A DNA stretch of 59,489 nt from Anaerolineales bacterium (GCA_011389535.1 JAABUE010000001.1:1-59489); one strand, 5' to 3'; shown: positions 41,176 to 50,244, numbered from the stretch's first letter. The notes: generated from the letters alone by a model not told the origin. Numbers and translations: made by a program.

Positions 41176-42069
41176 ATGAAACGGACACCGCTTCTAACCG
41201 GTTTTCTGCTTGTTCTGGCCATTTTGAGCGTTTCCTGCTCTTCAAGAACAGCCTCCCAAAATTCTCCCCAATCGAGTGTTTACATAGAAAATAAAGGCTC
41301 TGACACTATTGTCAACCTGGCGCTGGCCTGGGCGGAGCATTACCAGTCAGTACATCCTGATGTTCGAATCTCAGTGACAGGCGGCGGGTCGGGAACCGGG
41401 ATCGCATCCTTGATCAATGGGACAGTGGACCTTGCCAATGCATCCCGTCAAATCAAATCAGAAGAGATCGAGGAAGCGCAGTCGAAGGGAATCAACCCCG
41501 TTGAGCACATCATCGCACGGGATGCGATCGCGGTCATTGTCAACCCGCAAAACCCTGTAACACAGTTGACCCTGGAACAGATTTCGGACATATACAGCGG
41601 GAAGATCTCGAATTGGAAAGAGGTCGGTGGTGAGGATCGCCCGATCGTGCGCTTGTCACGAGAGACAAATTCGGGGACGCACGTTTATTTCCTGGAAACC
41701 GTGCTGCGCCTGAGTGAAGATGACAACAAAACCCTGTTCTCAAGGGACACCCTGTTGCTGCCTTCCTCGGAGGGTATCATCTCCGAAGTCCGACACAACC
41801 CCAACACCATCGGTTATGATGGTCTTGGCTATGTGCCTCATGATTTGAGAGTGATCGCTATAGCTGAAACCGAGGGCAAACCATATATCCTGCCCATGAT
41901 CAGCACGGTCAATGACAAAAGTTATCCCATTGCCCGTGACCTGTACATGTACACGGTCGGAGAGCCAACCGGAGCGATCAAAGATTATCTTGATTGGATT
42001 CTCTCATCCGAGGCTCAGGATATTGTCGTTGAACTGGGCTTTGTCCCTATCTTACTCTATCAACCCTGA
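41176..42069 (+). CDS. pstS: Phosphate-binding protein PstS (lipoprotein)
   Basis: 297 aa with lipobox LSVSC. The GSGTG motif and operon context with pstC and pstA support the call. Confidence 0.85.
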   Translation: MKRTPLLTGFLLVLAILSVSCSSRTASQNSPQSSVYIENKGSDTIVNLALAWAEHYQSVHPDVRISVTGGGSGTGIASLINGTVDLANASRQIKSEEIEEAQSKGINPVEHIIARDAIAVIVNPQNPVTQLTLEQISDIYSGKISNWKEVGGEDRPIVRLSRETNSGTHVYFLETVLRLSEDDNKTLFSRDTLLLPSSEGIISEVRHNPNTIGYDGLGYVPHDLRVIAIAETEGKPYILPMISTVNDKSYPIARDLYMYTVGEPTGAIKDYLDWILSSEAQDIVVELGFVPILLYQP

Positions 42070-42079
42070 CTATACTTAC

Positions 42080-42976
42080 ATGAAATCTGAACTTACCTGG
42101 CAAGAATTTATCATTACACGCGCCATTAAAGCCTCCGGCTACTCGGCCATTGTCTTCGTTGCCCTGATTTTTTTCTTTCTGCTGCGTGAGGGCCTGCCCA
42201 CACTGGGGGAAGTTTCCTTTTCCAACCTTGTGAGCACCCGCTGGTATCCTATAGAAGATTATTTCGGCATCGTGCCGCTGATCACCGGTTCGTTGATCGT
42301 GACGATCGGGGCGGCGCTGGTCGCCATTCCTTTTGGGATCGGAACGGCAATTTACATCGCAGAAATTGCGCCCCGCTGGATGCGCGAAATCCTTAAGCCG
42401 TTGGTGGAATTACTCGGTGGATTACCCTCGGTTGTACTGGGATTTCTCGGCATCCTGGTTTTCTCCCCCTGGCTGCGCGTCTTTCTGGACCTGCCAACCG
42501 GCCTGACCGCCCTCACCGGTTCCCTGCTATTGGGAGGCATTGCAGTGCCAACCGTCGTCTCGGTAGCCGAGGATGCCCTGGATACCGTCCCACGTTCCTA
42601 TCGCGAGGGTGCCTGGGCATTAGGCGCCACGAAATGGCAGACGATCTGGCGAGTAACCTTGCCGGCCGCCCGCTCAGGTGTGCTGACGGGGGTGATGCTC
42701 GGGGTTGGCCGCGCCATCGGTGAAACGATGGCCGTCATGATGGTGACTGGCAATGCACCTGTGCTAGCTCTCTCGTTGGGAAGTCTTTTCTCTCCAGTCC
42801 GCACCATGACAGCCACCATCGCTGCCGAAATGGGCGAAGTCGCCAGCGGAAGTGTCCACTACCATACTTTATTCTTTATTGGTCTGGTCTTATTCTTGAT
42901 TTCGTTGGCGGTCAATGTTGCAGCTTCGGCGGTCGTTTTCCGGTCGAAGAAACGCGCGGAAAGGATATTATCGTGA
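42080..42976 (+). CDS. pstC: Phosphate ABC transporter permease PstC
   Basis: The start is placed at MKSELTW (42080), 10 nt after the pstS stop. It has the EAA-type loop (EDALDTVPRSYREGAWALGATKWQT). Confidence 0.85.
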   Translation: MKSELTWQEFIITRAIKASGYSAIVFVALIFFFLLREGLPTLGEVSFSNLVSTRWYPIEDYFGIVPLITGSLIVTIGAALVAIPFGIGTAIYIAEIAPRWMREILKPLVELLGGLPSVVLGFLGILVFSPWLRVFLDLPTGLTALTGSLLLGGIAVPTVVSVAEDALDTVPRSYREGAWALGATKWQTIWRVTLPAARSGVLTGVMLGVGRAIGETMAVMMVTGNAPVLALSLGSLFSPVRTMTATIAAEMGEVASGSVHYHTLFFIGLVLFLISLAVNVAASAVVFRSKKRAERILS

Positions 42977-43818
42977 ACCGCCACCTTTCCCAACGGCTGG
43001 GCTTCTTCGTATTGACCCTGGTCGCTTTATTCACGGTTACACCGATCGTCGCCGTGATCGTCTATATCTTTATTCAAGGCAGCCCGGCCATATCGTGGGA
43101 ATTCTTGACCGTTGCGCCGCGCTCAGGGATGCGCGAGGGCGGCATCCTGCCCGCCATCATCGGGACGTTCTACCTGACCATTGGAACGGCTGCCTTCTCG
43201 GTCCCGCTGGGGATCGCGGCGGCAGTTTATCTGTCCGAGTATGCCGCGGATAACAGGTGGACGCGGCTCATTCGCTTGGCAATCATCAACCTGGCCGGTA
43301 TCCCGTCCGTTGTTTATGGTCTGTTTGGGCTGGGTCTCTTTGTCTTGTTTTTGAACTTTGGCACAAGCATCCTTTCTGCTTCGTTAACTCTCTCGATCAT
43401 GACCCTGCCGGTTATCATCAGCACGGCAGAAGAAGCGCTCAGGGCGGTGCCGCAAGCCTTCCGGACGGTCAGTATCTCGCTGGGCGCAACCCGCTGGCAG
43501 ACCGTCCGCCGGATCGTGCTGCCTCAGGCTCTGCCCGGCATTCTCACGGGCGTCATCCTTGGTCTGGAACGGGCCGCCGGCGAGACCGCACCGATCCTCT
43601 TTACAGGAGCGGCCTTTTTCCTGCCACGCCTGCCCGGGTCCGTGTTCGATGCGACGATGGCGCTTCCTTACCACCTGTTTGTCATATCCACCCAGGTGCC
43701 CGAGATGCCCATCCAGATCCAATACGGTACGGCGTTGGTCTTGTTGGTGTTCGTACTGGGCATGAACCTGATTGCGACCGTGATTCGTTCAAGGGCAAGA
43801 GCAAGAAGACAATGGTAA
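42973..43818 (+). CDS. pstA: Phosphate ABC transporter permease PstA
   Basis: 281 aa. The GTG start overlaps the pstC stop (GTGA). It has the EAA loop (EEALRAVPQAFRTVSISLGATRWQT). Confidence 0.85.
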   Translation: MNRHLSQRLGFFVLTLVALFTVTPIVAVIVYIFIQGSPAISWEFLTVAPRSGMREGGILPAIIGTFYLTIGTAAFSVPLGIAAAVYLSEYAADNRWTRLIRLAIINLAGIPSVVYGLFGLGLFVLFLNFGTSILSASLTLSIMTLPVIISTAEEALRAVPQAFRTVSISLGATRWQTVRRIVLPQALPGILTGVILGLERAAGETAPILFTGAAFFLPRLPGSVFDATMALPYHLFVISTQVPEMPIQIQYGTALVLLVFVLGMNLIATVIRSRARARRQW

Positions 43819-43952
43819 AAATTTTAACCTGCTCGGGGCGGTGTGACTTCGAACCCGGCCCGCTCCGCTTGACCGTGGCGGGCAAGCTCCGTGCAAGACT
43901 TGCCGTCGAGGTAGGCGAACTGCATAGGTCACGGCCAGAGCATTTTAGATGA
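43812..43952 (+). CDS. Candidate 46-aa ORF bridging pstA and the degenerate pstB paralog
   Basis: Its ATG overlaps the pstA stop (cAATGGTAA) and its TGA overlaps the next ATG (ATGA). The peptide is MVKILTCSGRCDFEPGPLRLTVAGKLRARLAVEVGELHRSRPEHFR. No SD precedes the 43949 start. Confidence 0.3.
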   Translation: MVKILTCSGRCDFEPGPLRLTVAGKLRARLAVEVGELHRSRPEHFR

Positions 43953-44704
43953 ACAAAATCGTTATCGAAAACCTTAGTCTACAATATACCGACGGCACCG
44001 AGTCGCTGCGGGGCATTAACATGGATATACGCGAACATGCCATTACGGCGCTGTTTGGACCCGCCGGCGGTGGCAAATCCACGCTCCTGCGCTGTCTCAA
44101 CCGTCTCAATGACCTGACCGACGTCGAGGAAATTTCCGGTCGTATCCTGCTGGATGGGGAAAATGTTCTTGATCCCCAAACAGACATCATTGCCCTGCGC
44201 CGTAAGGTCGGCATGGTTTTTGCCCGCCCGGTTGTGCTCCCCATGAGCATCTACCAGAACTTAACCTATGGGTTGGAACTGGCGGGAGAAAAGCGACGAT
44301 CGGTGTTGTATGAAGCCGCCGAGCGCAGCCTGAAACTGGCTGCACTGTGGGACGAGGTAAAAGACCGCCTGGATGATCCGGCCATTGCCCTGTCGGGCGG
44401 ACAGCAACAACGCCTGTGCCTAGCCCGTTCCCTTGCGCTGCAACCTGAAATCATCTTGCTCGATGAGCCAACCTCGGGCCTAGATCCCATTTCGACAGGC
44501 AAGGTTGAGGCTGCGTTACAGGAGCTGAAAAAGGATTACACCATCATCCTGGTGCCTCATTCCGTGCAACAGGCCGCGCGAACAGCCGATTATGCGGCAT
44601 TCTTCCTGCAAGGCGAGCTGGTGGAATACGGAGATGGGGCGGAACTTTTCACCAATCCAAAAGAAAAACGGACGGAGGATTATGTTACCGGCAGGTTTGG
44701 ATAA
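43949..44704 (+). CDS. PstB paralog with a degenerate Q-loop
   Basis: 251 aa, PstB-like throughout. Walker A is GPAGGGKST, the Q-loop Gln is replaced (VGMVFARPVVLP; Ala codon at 44222-44224), and the H-loop region is VPHSVQQA. Signature LSGGQQQRL and Walker B LLDEP are intact. Confidence 0.8.
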   Translation: MNKIVIENLSLQYTDGTESLRGINMDIREHAITALFGPAGGGKSTLLRCLNRLNDLTDVEEISGRILLDGENVLDPQTDIIALRRKVGMVFARPVVLPMSIYQNLTYGLELAGEKRRSVLYEAAERSLKLAALWDEVKDRLDDPAIALSGGQQQRLCLARSLALQPEIILLDEPTSGLDPISTGKVEAALQELKKDYTIILVPHSVQQAARTADYAAFFLQGELVEYGDGAELFTNPKEKRTEDYVTGRFG

Positions 44705-44719
44705 ATTCATCTGAGAACC

Positions 44720-44758
44720 AGACCCTAAAGGAATTTAAAGCCTTTAGGGTCTTTTTTT
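44720..44758 (+). terminator. Intrinsic terminator after the first pst operon
   Basis: A 12-bp stem (agaccctaaagg / cctttagggtct) with a 9-nt loop, followed by a 7-T run. Confidence 0.85.
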
Positions 44759-44760
44759 AT

Positions 44761-44814
44761 TTAACCAGATGTTAACCTGTTCTTCCATTGCTATTAAAAG
44801 CCACTTGTTATGAT
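44761..44814 (+). promoter_or_regulatory. Pho-box array plus -10 element upstream of pstS2
   Basis: Five hexamers at an exact 11-bp period: TTAACC (44761), TTAACC (44772), TTCCAT (44783), TTAAAA (44794), TTGTTA (44805). They overlap TATGAT (44809-44814). No canonical -35. Confidence 0.6.
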
Positions 44815-44852
44815 GGCAGCATATGAAAACAATAACTAGGAGAAAAGAGAAA

Positions 44853-45881
44853 ATGCGTAAGAATCTATACGTCCTGTTTGCCGCTTTTGTGCTCGCCAGC
44901 ATGATTCTGGCTGCGTGTGGCGGCGCTCCCACTGAGGCTCCGGCCCCCACCACGGCCGCTGAACCTACAGTTGCCCCTGGAGAGCCAGCCGCGCCGGAAG
45001 ACCCTATAGCAATGTACATGCCTGACGCCGTATCTGGCAACATCATCACTGCCGGTTCATCTACTGTTTTTCCTCTTACTGAACGCATGAAGCAGCGCTT
45101 CGAAGAGGAAGGCTTTACCGGAAATCTCACAGTCGATTCCATCGGTTCCGGCGCAGGTCTCGAACGCTTCTGCGTAGCCGGTGAAACAGACATCGCCAAT
45201 GCCTCCCGTGCGATCAAAGACACCGAAATCGAATCTTGCGCGGGTATCGACCGCACCGTGGTTGGGTTTCTGGTCGGTATTGATGCACTTGCGGTGGTCG
45301 TCAGTTCTGAAAACGACTTCGTCAACGATGTCACAATTGAAGAACTTGCCCTGATCTATTCAACTGCTACCACCTGGTCAGATGTCCGTCCCGAGTGGCC
45401 CAATGAACCGATCCTGCGCTTCTCCCCCGGTACCGACTCCGGCACCTTCGACTATTTCGTCGAAGCCATAATGGAAGAGGGTTTGGGCGATACTGGTAGA
45501 GACGCTATCCTCGCATCTGATGGTACCCAATACTCTGAAGATGACAACGTTCTCGTTCAAGGCGTGCAGGGTTCACCTTATGCTATTGGTTATTTCGGCT
45601 ATGCCTACTATCAGGAAAATGCTTCAACTTTGAAAGCACTCTCCGTCAACGGCATTGCTCCCACAGCCGAGACCGCTGAGTCCGGTGAGTATCCGATCTC
45701 CCGCCCGCTCTTCATCTACTCCAGCACCGAGATCATGCAGGAGAAGCCGCAAGTATCCTCGTTCATCTTTTTCTACATCACCAACGTGGTAGATGAAATC
45801 CTGGATGTGGGTTATTTCCCGGTCAGTGAAGATCAGGCCCAGGAAAACCTTGACGCCTGGAATTCCGCGCAGGGCATGTAA
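44853..45881 (+). CDS. pstS: Phosphate-binding protein PstS (second copy, lipoprotein)
   Basis: The start is placed at MRKNLYVLF after aggagaaaag. It has lipobox LAAC, and SGAGLERF and TDSGTFDYF motifs typical of PstS/PBP-like-2. Confidence 0.85.
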   Translation: MRKNLYVLFAAFVLASMILAACGGAPTEAPAPTTAAEPTVAPGEPAAPEDPIAMYMPDAVSGNIITAGSSTVFPLTERMKQRFEEEGFTGNLTVDSIGSGAGLERFCVAGETDIANASRAIKDTEIESCAGIDRTVVGFLVGIDALAVVVSSENDFVNDVTIEELALIYSTATTWSDVRPEWPNEPILRFSPGTDSGTFDYFVEAIMEEGLGDTGRDAILASDGTQYSEDDNVLVQGVQGSPYAIGYFGYAYYQENASTLKALSVNGIAPTAETAESGEYPISRPLFIYSSTEIMQEKPQVSSFIFFYITNVVDEILDVGYFPVSEDQAQENLDAWNSAQGM

Positions 45882-45908
45882 TCTAAATCTTCAGACAATA
45901 AAGCTAAG

Positions 45909-45938
45909 ACCTTCCCTCCTCCACCGGGGAGGGAAGGT
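45909..45938 (+). other. Intra-operon stem-loop between pstS2 and pstC2
   Basis: An 11-bp stem (accttccctcc / ggagggaaggt) with an 8-nt loop, followed by gatttgtcg (weak U tract). Confidence 0.6.
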
Positions 45939-45992
45939 GATTTGTCGTAAAAATAGAAACATAAAATTCTGGTTTAAAAAGGAGGCGCCTTC

Positions 45993-46937
45993 ATGGCTGA
46001 ATTGACGGTGAAGAATCTAGAAAAGAAAGCATCGACAATTAGTTTGCGCCGCAAACCGCGCTGGGGGGAAACGATCATCCAGGGATTGTTATTCTTCAGC
46101 GGTTTTTTTTCCATATTCATAACCCTCGGTATTGTTTATGAACTTGGAAAAGAGGCTTTGCTGTTTTTTCAAATGCCAGGGGTGGACCTTCTCGCCACAT
46201 TAACCACTACAGAATGGAAACCGCATGTCAATAAATTTGGCATCTGGCCCCTGCTCACATCCACCTTAATGACGACTCTCATTGCAATGGCAATCGCCAT
46301 CCCACTGGGAATGGGGGTGGCGGTTTACTTGAGTGAGTATGCCATACCAAAAGTTCGCAGCACCCTGAAACCAATCCTGGAAATCCTGGCCGGGATTCCA
46401 ACCATCGTTTATGGATATTTCGCATTAACGTTTATGACGCCTCTCCTGCGAGAGATTTTCGGGAAGGATGTCGTTCAAATCTATAATACCGGATCGGCTG
46501 GCCTGGTGATGGGGATCCTCATTCTGCCTCTTATTAGCTCCATGACCGAGGATGCCTTAAGCGCTGTTCCTCGCTCGTTGCGAGAGGCGGCTTATGCCAT
46601 GGGCGCGACCAAGCTGGAGGTTGCATTGCAGATCGTAGTTCCTGCGGCTCTTTCCGGCATCGCTGCCGCCATCATCGTTGGAATTTCGCGCGCGGTCGGC
46701 GAGACAATGATCGTGGCAGTTGCCGCCGGCGCGGGACCCAATTTCACCTTTAGTCCTTTTATCGGCGCAGAAACCATTACCGGGCATATTGTCCGAATTT
46801 CAGGCGGCGATCTGAGTTACGATTCTATTGATTACAACAGCATTTTCGCACTTGGGCTGTTCCTGTTCATTATTACCCTCGTTCTCAACATTATCAGCCA
46901 GGCGATTGTGCGTCGTTTCCGTGAGGTGTACGAATGA
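45993..46937 (+). CDS. pstC: Phosphate ABC transporter permease PstC (second copy)
   Basis: 314 aa with RBS ggagg and the EAA loop EDALSAVPRSLREAAYAMGATKLE. Confidence 0.85.
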   Translation: MAELTVKNLEKKASTISLRRKPRWGETIIQGLLFFSGFFSIFITLGIVYELGKEALLFFQMPGVDLLATLTTTEWKPHVNKFGIWPLLTSTLMTTLIAMAIAIPLGMGVAVYLSEYAIPKVRSTLKPILEILAGIPTIVYGYFALTFMTPLLREIFGKDVVQIYNTGSAGLVMGILILPLISSMTEDALSAVPRSLREAAYAMGATKLEVALQIVVPAALSGIAAAIIVGISRAVGETMIVAVAAGAGPNFTFSPFIGAETITGHIVRISGGDLSYDSIDYNSIFALGLFLFIITLVLNIISQAIVRRFREVYE

Positions 46938-48175
46938 AAGAAATTGCGATCGTCCAGGGTTTTGAAAATAATCTCGATTCACGCAACCGCAAGGGGATAA
47001 TCTGGCACGTGCTCTTTCAAGCATCGACCATTGTTGGAATCATTGCACTGATCGCCCTCATGCTCAACGTCATCGACAGCGCATTTGGATATGTTGCTTA
47101 TGAAGCCAGGATGGACCCCGATTCGCTCACAGTCGATGGCATACCTGTGGAAGATCAAAGCAAAGACCAGTTGGTAGCGCTCCTTCAATCCACTCTTTCG
47201 AGCGGGGCATACAACAAATTGGATAACGAAACACTCTTTGTTGACAGATCACGCGAGGAAGTATTTCAACTGGTCGTCGAAAGGATCATCAGACCCAAGA
47301 TAGTACAGGTATGGAAATTTTGGCCATCCCTGACCCGATCGGATGAGATTCGCGCAACGGTAACACGAGAATATCCAAAAGCAGAATTGGATTTCGTCTC
47401 CTGGCTGACTTATGATTTCGTTACCCGGCCCCAGACCAGTGAGCCCCTTACAGCTGGTGTTCGCACTGCTGTCCTCGGTTCGCTGTGGACCATCCTGTTT
47501 ACCATTTTGCTCGCCTTTCCGCTCGGTGTGGGGGCTGCAATCTATCTGGAAGAATACGCCTCGGAGAATTGGTTCAATCGCATTATTCAGACCAACATCA
47601 ATAATCTGGCGGGGGTGCCATCCATTGTATATGGCATTCTTGGCTTGGCTATTTTTGTCCGGGCCCTGGAACGGTTCACCAGCGGCAAGATGTTTGGGAT
47701 CGTAAATTTAACCTCGGAGAACGGACGAACCGTTCTTTCAGCAGGTCTAACCCTGGGCCTGCTCGTGCTTCCAATTATTATCATCAACGCCCAGGAGGCG
47801 ATCCGCGCGGTACCCCGTTCGCTTCGCAATGCCAGTTTTGGGGTTGGCGCGACCAAATGGCAAACGGTTTGGTCTCACATGCTTCCAAATGCTTTGCCTG
47901 GCATCCTGACCGGAACGATTCTCGCCATCTCCCGGGCTATCGGTGAAACTGCTCCACTGGTCGTAGTTGGCGCGTCCACCGCGATCAGCTTCGACCCGAG
48001 TTCACCTTTTTCAAAATTTACAACGCTTCCCATTCAAATCTATCAGTGGACCTCCCGTCCACAGGAGGAATTCCGGAGCCTTGCCGCGGCATCCATTCTT
48101 GTGCTGCTTGTATTGTTACTGAGCTTGAATGCATCCGCAGTTCTACTACGTAACCGCTTCAGCAGGAGATTCTAA
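46934..48175 (+). CDS. pstA: Phosphate ABC transporter permease PstA (second copy, long form)
   Basis: 413 aa with an ATGA overlap with pstC2. A large extracytoplasmic loop follows TM1. The EAA loop is [25 protein letters not shown]. Confidence 0.85.
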   Translation: MKEIAIVQGFENNLDSRNRKGIIWHVLFQASTIVGIIALIALMLNVIDSAFGYVAYEARMDPDSLTVDGIPVEDQSKDQLVALLQSTLSSGAYNKLDNETLFVDRSREEVFQLVVERIIRPKIVQVWKFWPSLTRSDEIRATVTREYPKAELDFVSWLTYDFVTRPQTSEPLTAGVRTAVLGSLWTILFTILLAFPLGVGAAIYLEEYASENWFNRIIQTNINNLAGVPSIVYGILGLAIFVRALERFTSGKMFGIVNLTSENGRTVLSAGLTLGLLVLPIIIINAQEAIRAVPRSLRNASFGVGATKWQTVWSHMLPNALPGILTGTILAISRAIGETAPLVVVGASTAISFDPSSPFSKFTTLPIQIYQWTSRPQEEFRSLAAASILVLLVLLLSLNASAVLLRNRFSRRF

Positions 48176-48177
48176 TC

Positions 48178-48972
48178 ATGGCCTTGAACAACAACTTCGA
48201 CCAAAAATACATCATCGAAACCCGCAACCTCGATATTTATTATGGCAGTTTCAAAGCCGTGGCAGGGGTCAACATGCGGGTTGAGAGAAACGCCATCACA
48301 GCCATCATCGGGCCCTCCGGCTGCGGCAAATCCACACTGTTGCGCGCGTTCAATCGTATGAACGAGTTGTATGCCGATACATCGATCGAAGGCGAAGTGA
48401 CCTTCAGCGGGCAGGATATTTACGCCAGGGATGTGGACCCTGTCGAGGTCCGTTACCGAATCGGAATGGTCTTTCAGAAGCCGAATCCCTTTCCGAAAAG
48501 CATTTATGAAAATATCGCCTGGACCGCCCGGATCCACGGTTATAAAGGCAACATGGATGAATTGGTCGAAAATTCTTTGCGGCAAGCTGCACTATGGGAT
48601 GAGGTTAAGGATAAATTGAAGCAATCGGGACTGTCACTTTCAGGCGGTCAGCAACAACGTCTCTGTATTGCACGCGCGCTTTCCATTAAACCTGAAGTGA
48701 TCTTGATGGATGAACCCGCTTCCGCCCTCGACCCGATCGCCACGCTCAAAATCGAAGAGTTGATGCAGGATCTCAAGCAAAACTACACCATCGTCATCGT
48801 GACGCATAACATGCAACAGGCCGCCCGCGCTTCGGACTATACGGCTATGATGATGTTAACGAACGGCGAATCTCGCTCCGGCACGGTGATCGAATTCGAT
48901 GAGACCAACATCATTTTTACCCGGCCAAAAGACAAACGCACAGAAGACTACGTTACCGGGCGGTTTGGCTAA
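48178..48972 (+). CDS. pstB: Phosphate ABC transporter ATP-binding protein PstB (canonical)
   Basis: 264 aa with [30 protein letters not shown] and VTHNMQQA. Confidence 0.9.
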   Translation: MALNNNFDQKYIIETRNLDIYYGSFKAVAGVNMRVERNAITAIIGPSGCGKSTLLRAFNRMNELYADTSIEGEVTFSGQDIYARDVDPVEVRYRIGMVFQKPNPFPKSIYENIAWTARIHGYKGNMDELVENSLRQAALWDEVKDKLKQSGLSLSGGQQQRLCIARALSIKPEVILMDEPASALDPIATLKIEELMQDLKQNYTIVIVTHNMQQAARASDYTAMMMLTNGESRSGTVIEFDETNIIFTRPKDKRTEDYVTGRFG

Positions 48973-49028
48973 TTCCTAGAGACAGAAAACCGTTATAATA
49001 CGCCAATGGGCTACAAAGTGAGGCATCT

Positions 49029-49718
49029 ATGATCCGTAAAACTTTTGAGCATGAACTTCAAGAAGTAAAGGATGATATCCTGGTGCTGGGCAGCATGGTC
49101 GAGGAAGCCATCCTGGCTTCCGTCGAGGCGCTGAAGAAACGCGATATTGAGGCAGCCAAGAACATCTTAATAGCCGACCGCGATATCAACAAGAAACGTT
49201 TTGAAATCGAAAACAAGCTGATGATCTTGATCGCTACCCAGCAGCCGATGGCGCACGACTTGCGATTGTTGGCTTCCTCGATGGAGATTATCTCGGAACT
49301 GGAACGCATGGGCGATTATGCCAAGGGCATTGCCAATATCAACATCCGAATGGGGGACGAGCCTCTGCTCAAACCATTGATCGATATCCCACGCATGGCG
49401 CAAAAGGACGTAGACATGCTTCATCGCGCCCTGACCGCCTTCGTCGAGGAAGATGTGGAAGCCGCCCAGGCAATTCCCATGGAAGACGATGAAGTGGATG
49501 CCCTTTACAACCAGGTCTATCGCGAGTTGATGACCTTTGTGATCAGCGATCCGAAAGCGATCGAACGCGCCAACTGGTTGTTGTGGGTGGCCCACAACCT
49601 GGAACGCGTTGCTGACCGCGTAACTAATATATGCGAACGGACGATCTTTATTGCCACCGGCGAATTGAAGGAAATCAAAAATAGCGATGATGAGTTCTGG
49701 AAACAACATAATTCGTAG
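49029..49718 (+). CDS. phoU: Phosphate signalling complex protein PhoU
   Basis: 229 aa with duplicated PhoU helical repeats (E..ERMGDYA and NLERVADRVTNI). Confidence 0.9.
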   Translation: MIRKTFEHELQEVKDDILVLGSMVEEAILASVEALKKRDIEAAKNILIADRDINKKRFEIENKLMILIATQQPMAHDLRLLASSMEIISELERMGDYAKGIANINIRMGDEPLLKPLIDIPRMAQKDVDMLHRALTAFVEEDVEAAQAIPMEDDEVDALYNQVYRELMTFVISDPKAIERANWLLWVAHNLERVADRVTNICERTIFIATGELKEIKNSDDEFWKQHNS

Positions 49719-50121
49719 TGTATTATTCCTGTGTACCGGCAATTCCTGCCGTTCCCAGATGGCCGAAGCGATCGTTAATACCCGCCTGTCAGACAACTGG
49801 CGGGCGTTCTCGGCCGGGACCGAGCCCGCAGGATACGTACACCCCAAAGCAATCCAGGTCCTCGACGAGATCGGCATCACCCAAAACGGAAAATCCAAGT
49901 CGACCGATCAATTCCGCGAAATTGACTTCGACCTGGTCGTCACCGTCTGCGACGACGCGGCTGAGAATTGCCCGGTCTGGCTGGGGAAGGGGAAACGCGC
50001 CCACCTGAGCTTTCCAGACCCGGCCAAGGCCGAGGGAACGGACGAGGAACAGCTGGCAGTTTTCCGGTCCGTGCGCGATGCGATTGCGCACAAAATCCCG
50101 GAACTGTTAGGACAAATGTAA
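49687..50121 (+). CDS. arsC: Arsenate reductase ArsC (LMW-PTPase family, thioredoxin-coupled type)
   Basis: 144 aa with P-loop CTGNSCRSQMAE and the downstream Cys pair VCDDAAENCP (pI258 C82/C89-like). Its start overlaps the phoU 3' end by about 30 nt. Confidence 0.85.
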   Translation: MMSSGNNIIRSVLFLCTGNSCRSQMAEAIVNTRLSDNWRAFSAGTEPAGYVHPKAIQVLDEIGITQNGKSKSTDQFREIDFDLVVTVCDDAAENCPVWLGKGKRAHLSFPDPAKAEGTDEEQLAVFRSVRDAIAHKIPELLGQM

Positions 50122-50139
50122 TTGAAACCAGAATCGCGG

Positions 50140-50168
50140 TTGACGAATCGATCATCCATCAGTACAAT
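50140..50168 (+). promoter_or_regulatory. Candidate sigma-70 promoter of the his operon
   Basis: TTGACG (50140-50145), 17-nt spacer, TACAAT (50163-50168). Confidence 0.55.
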
Positions 50169-50178
50169 GCAACCCATC

Positions 50179-50244
50179 ATGAACCTGACTTGCACCCTGC
50201 ATCATCATCTTTACCAACCCCTGCCTGACCGGAGCGCAGGTTAG
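50179..50244 (+). CDS. Candidate his leader peptide (21 aa, His-His-His)
   Basis: The ORF atg..tag encodes MNLTCTLHHHLYQPLPDRSAG, with CAT CAT CAT at 50200-50208. It starts about 4 nt from the predicted +1 (leaderless, no SD) and lies between the promoter and a strong terminator upstream of hisG. Confidence 0.4.
   Translation: MNLTCTLHHHLYQPLPDRSAG

Noticed and set aside
43819-43948. tRNA-like fragment (ttcgaacccgg) in the pstA/pstB-like spacer.
   Set aside because: The flanking bases do not form a T stem or acceptor stem on either strand. The region is kept only as a possible small ORF or structured spacer.
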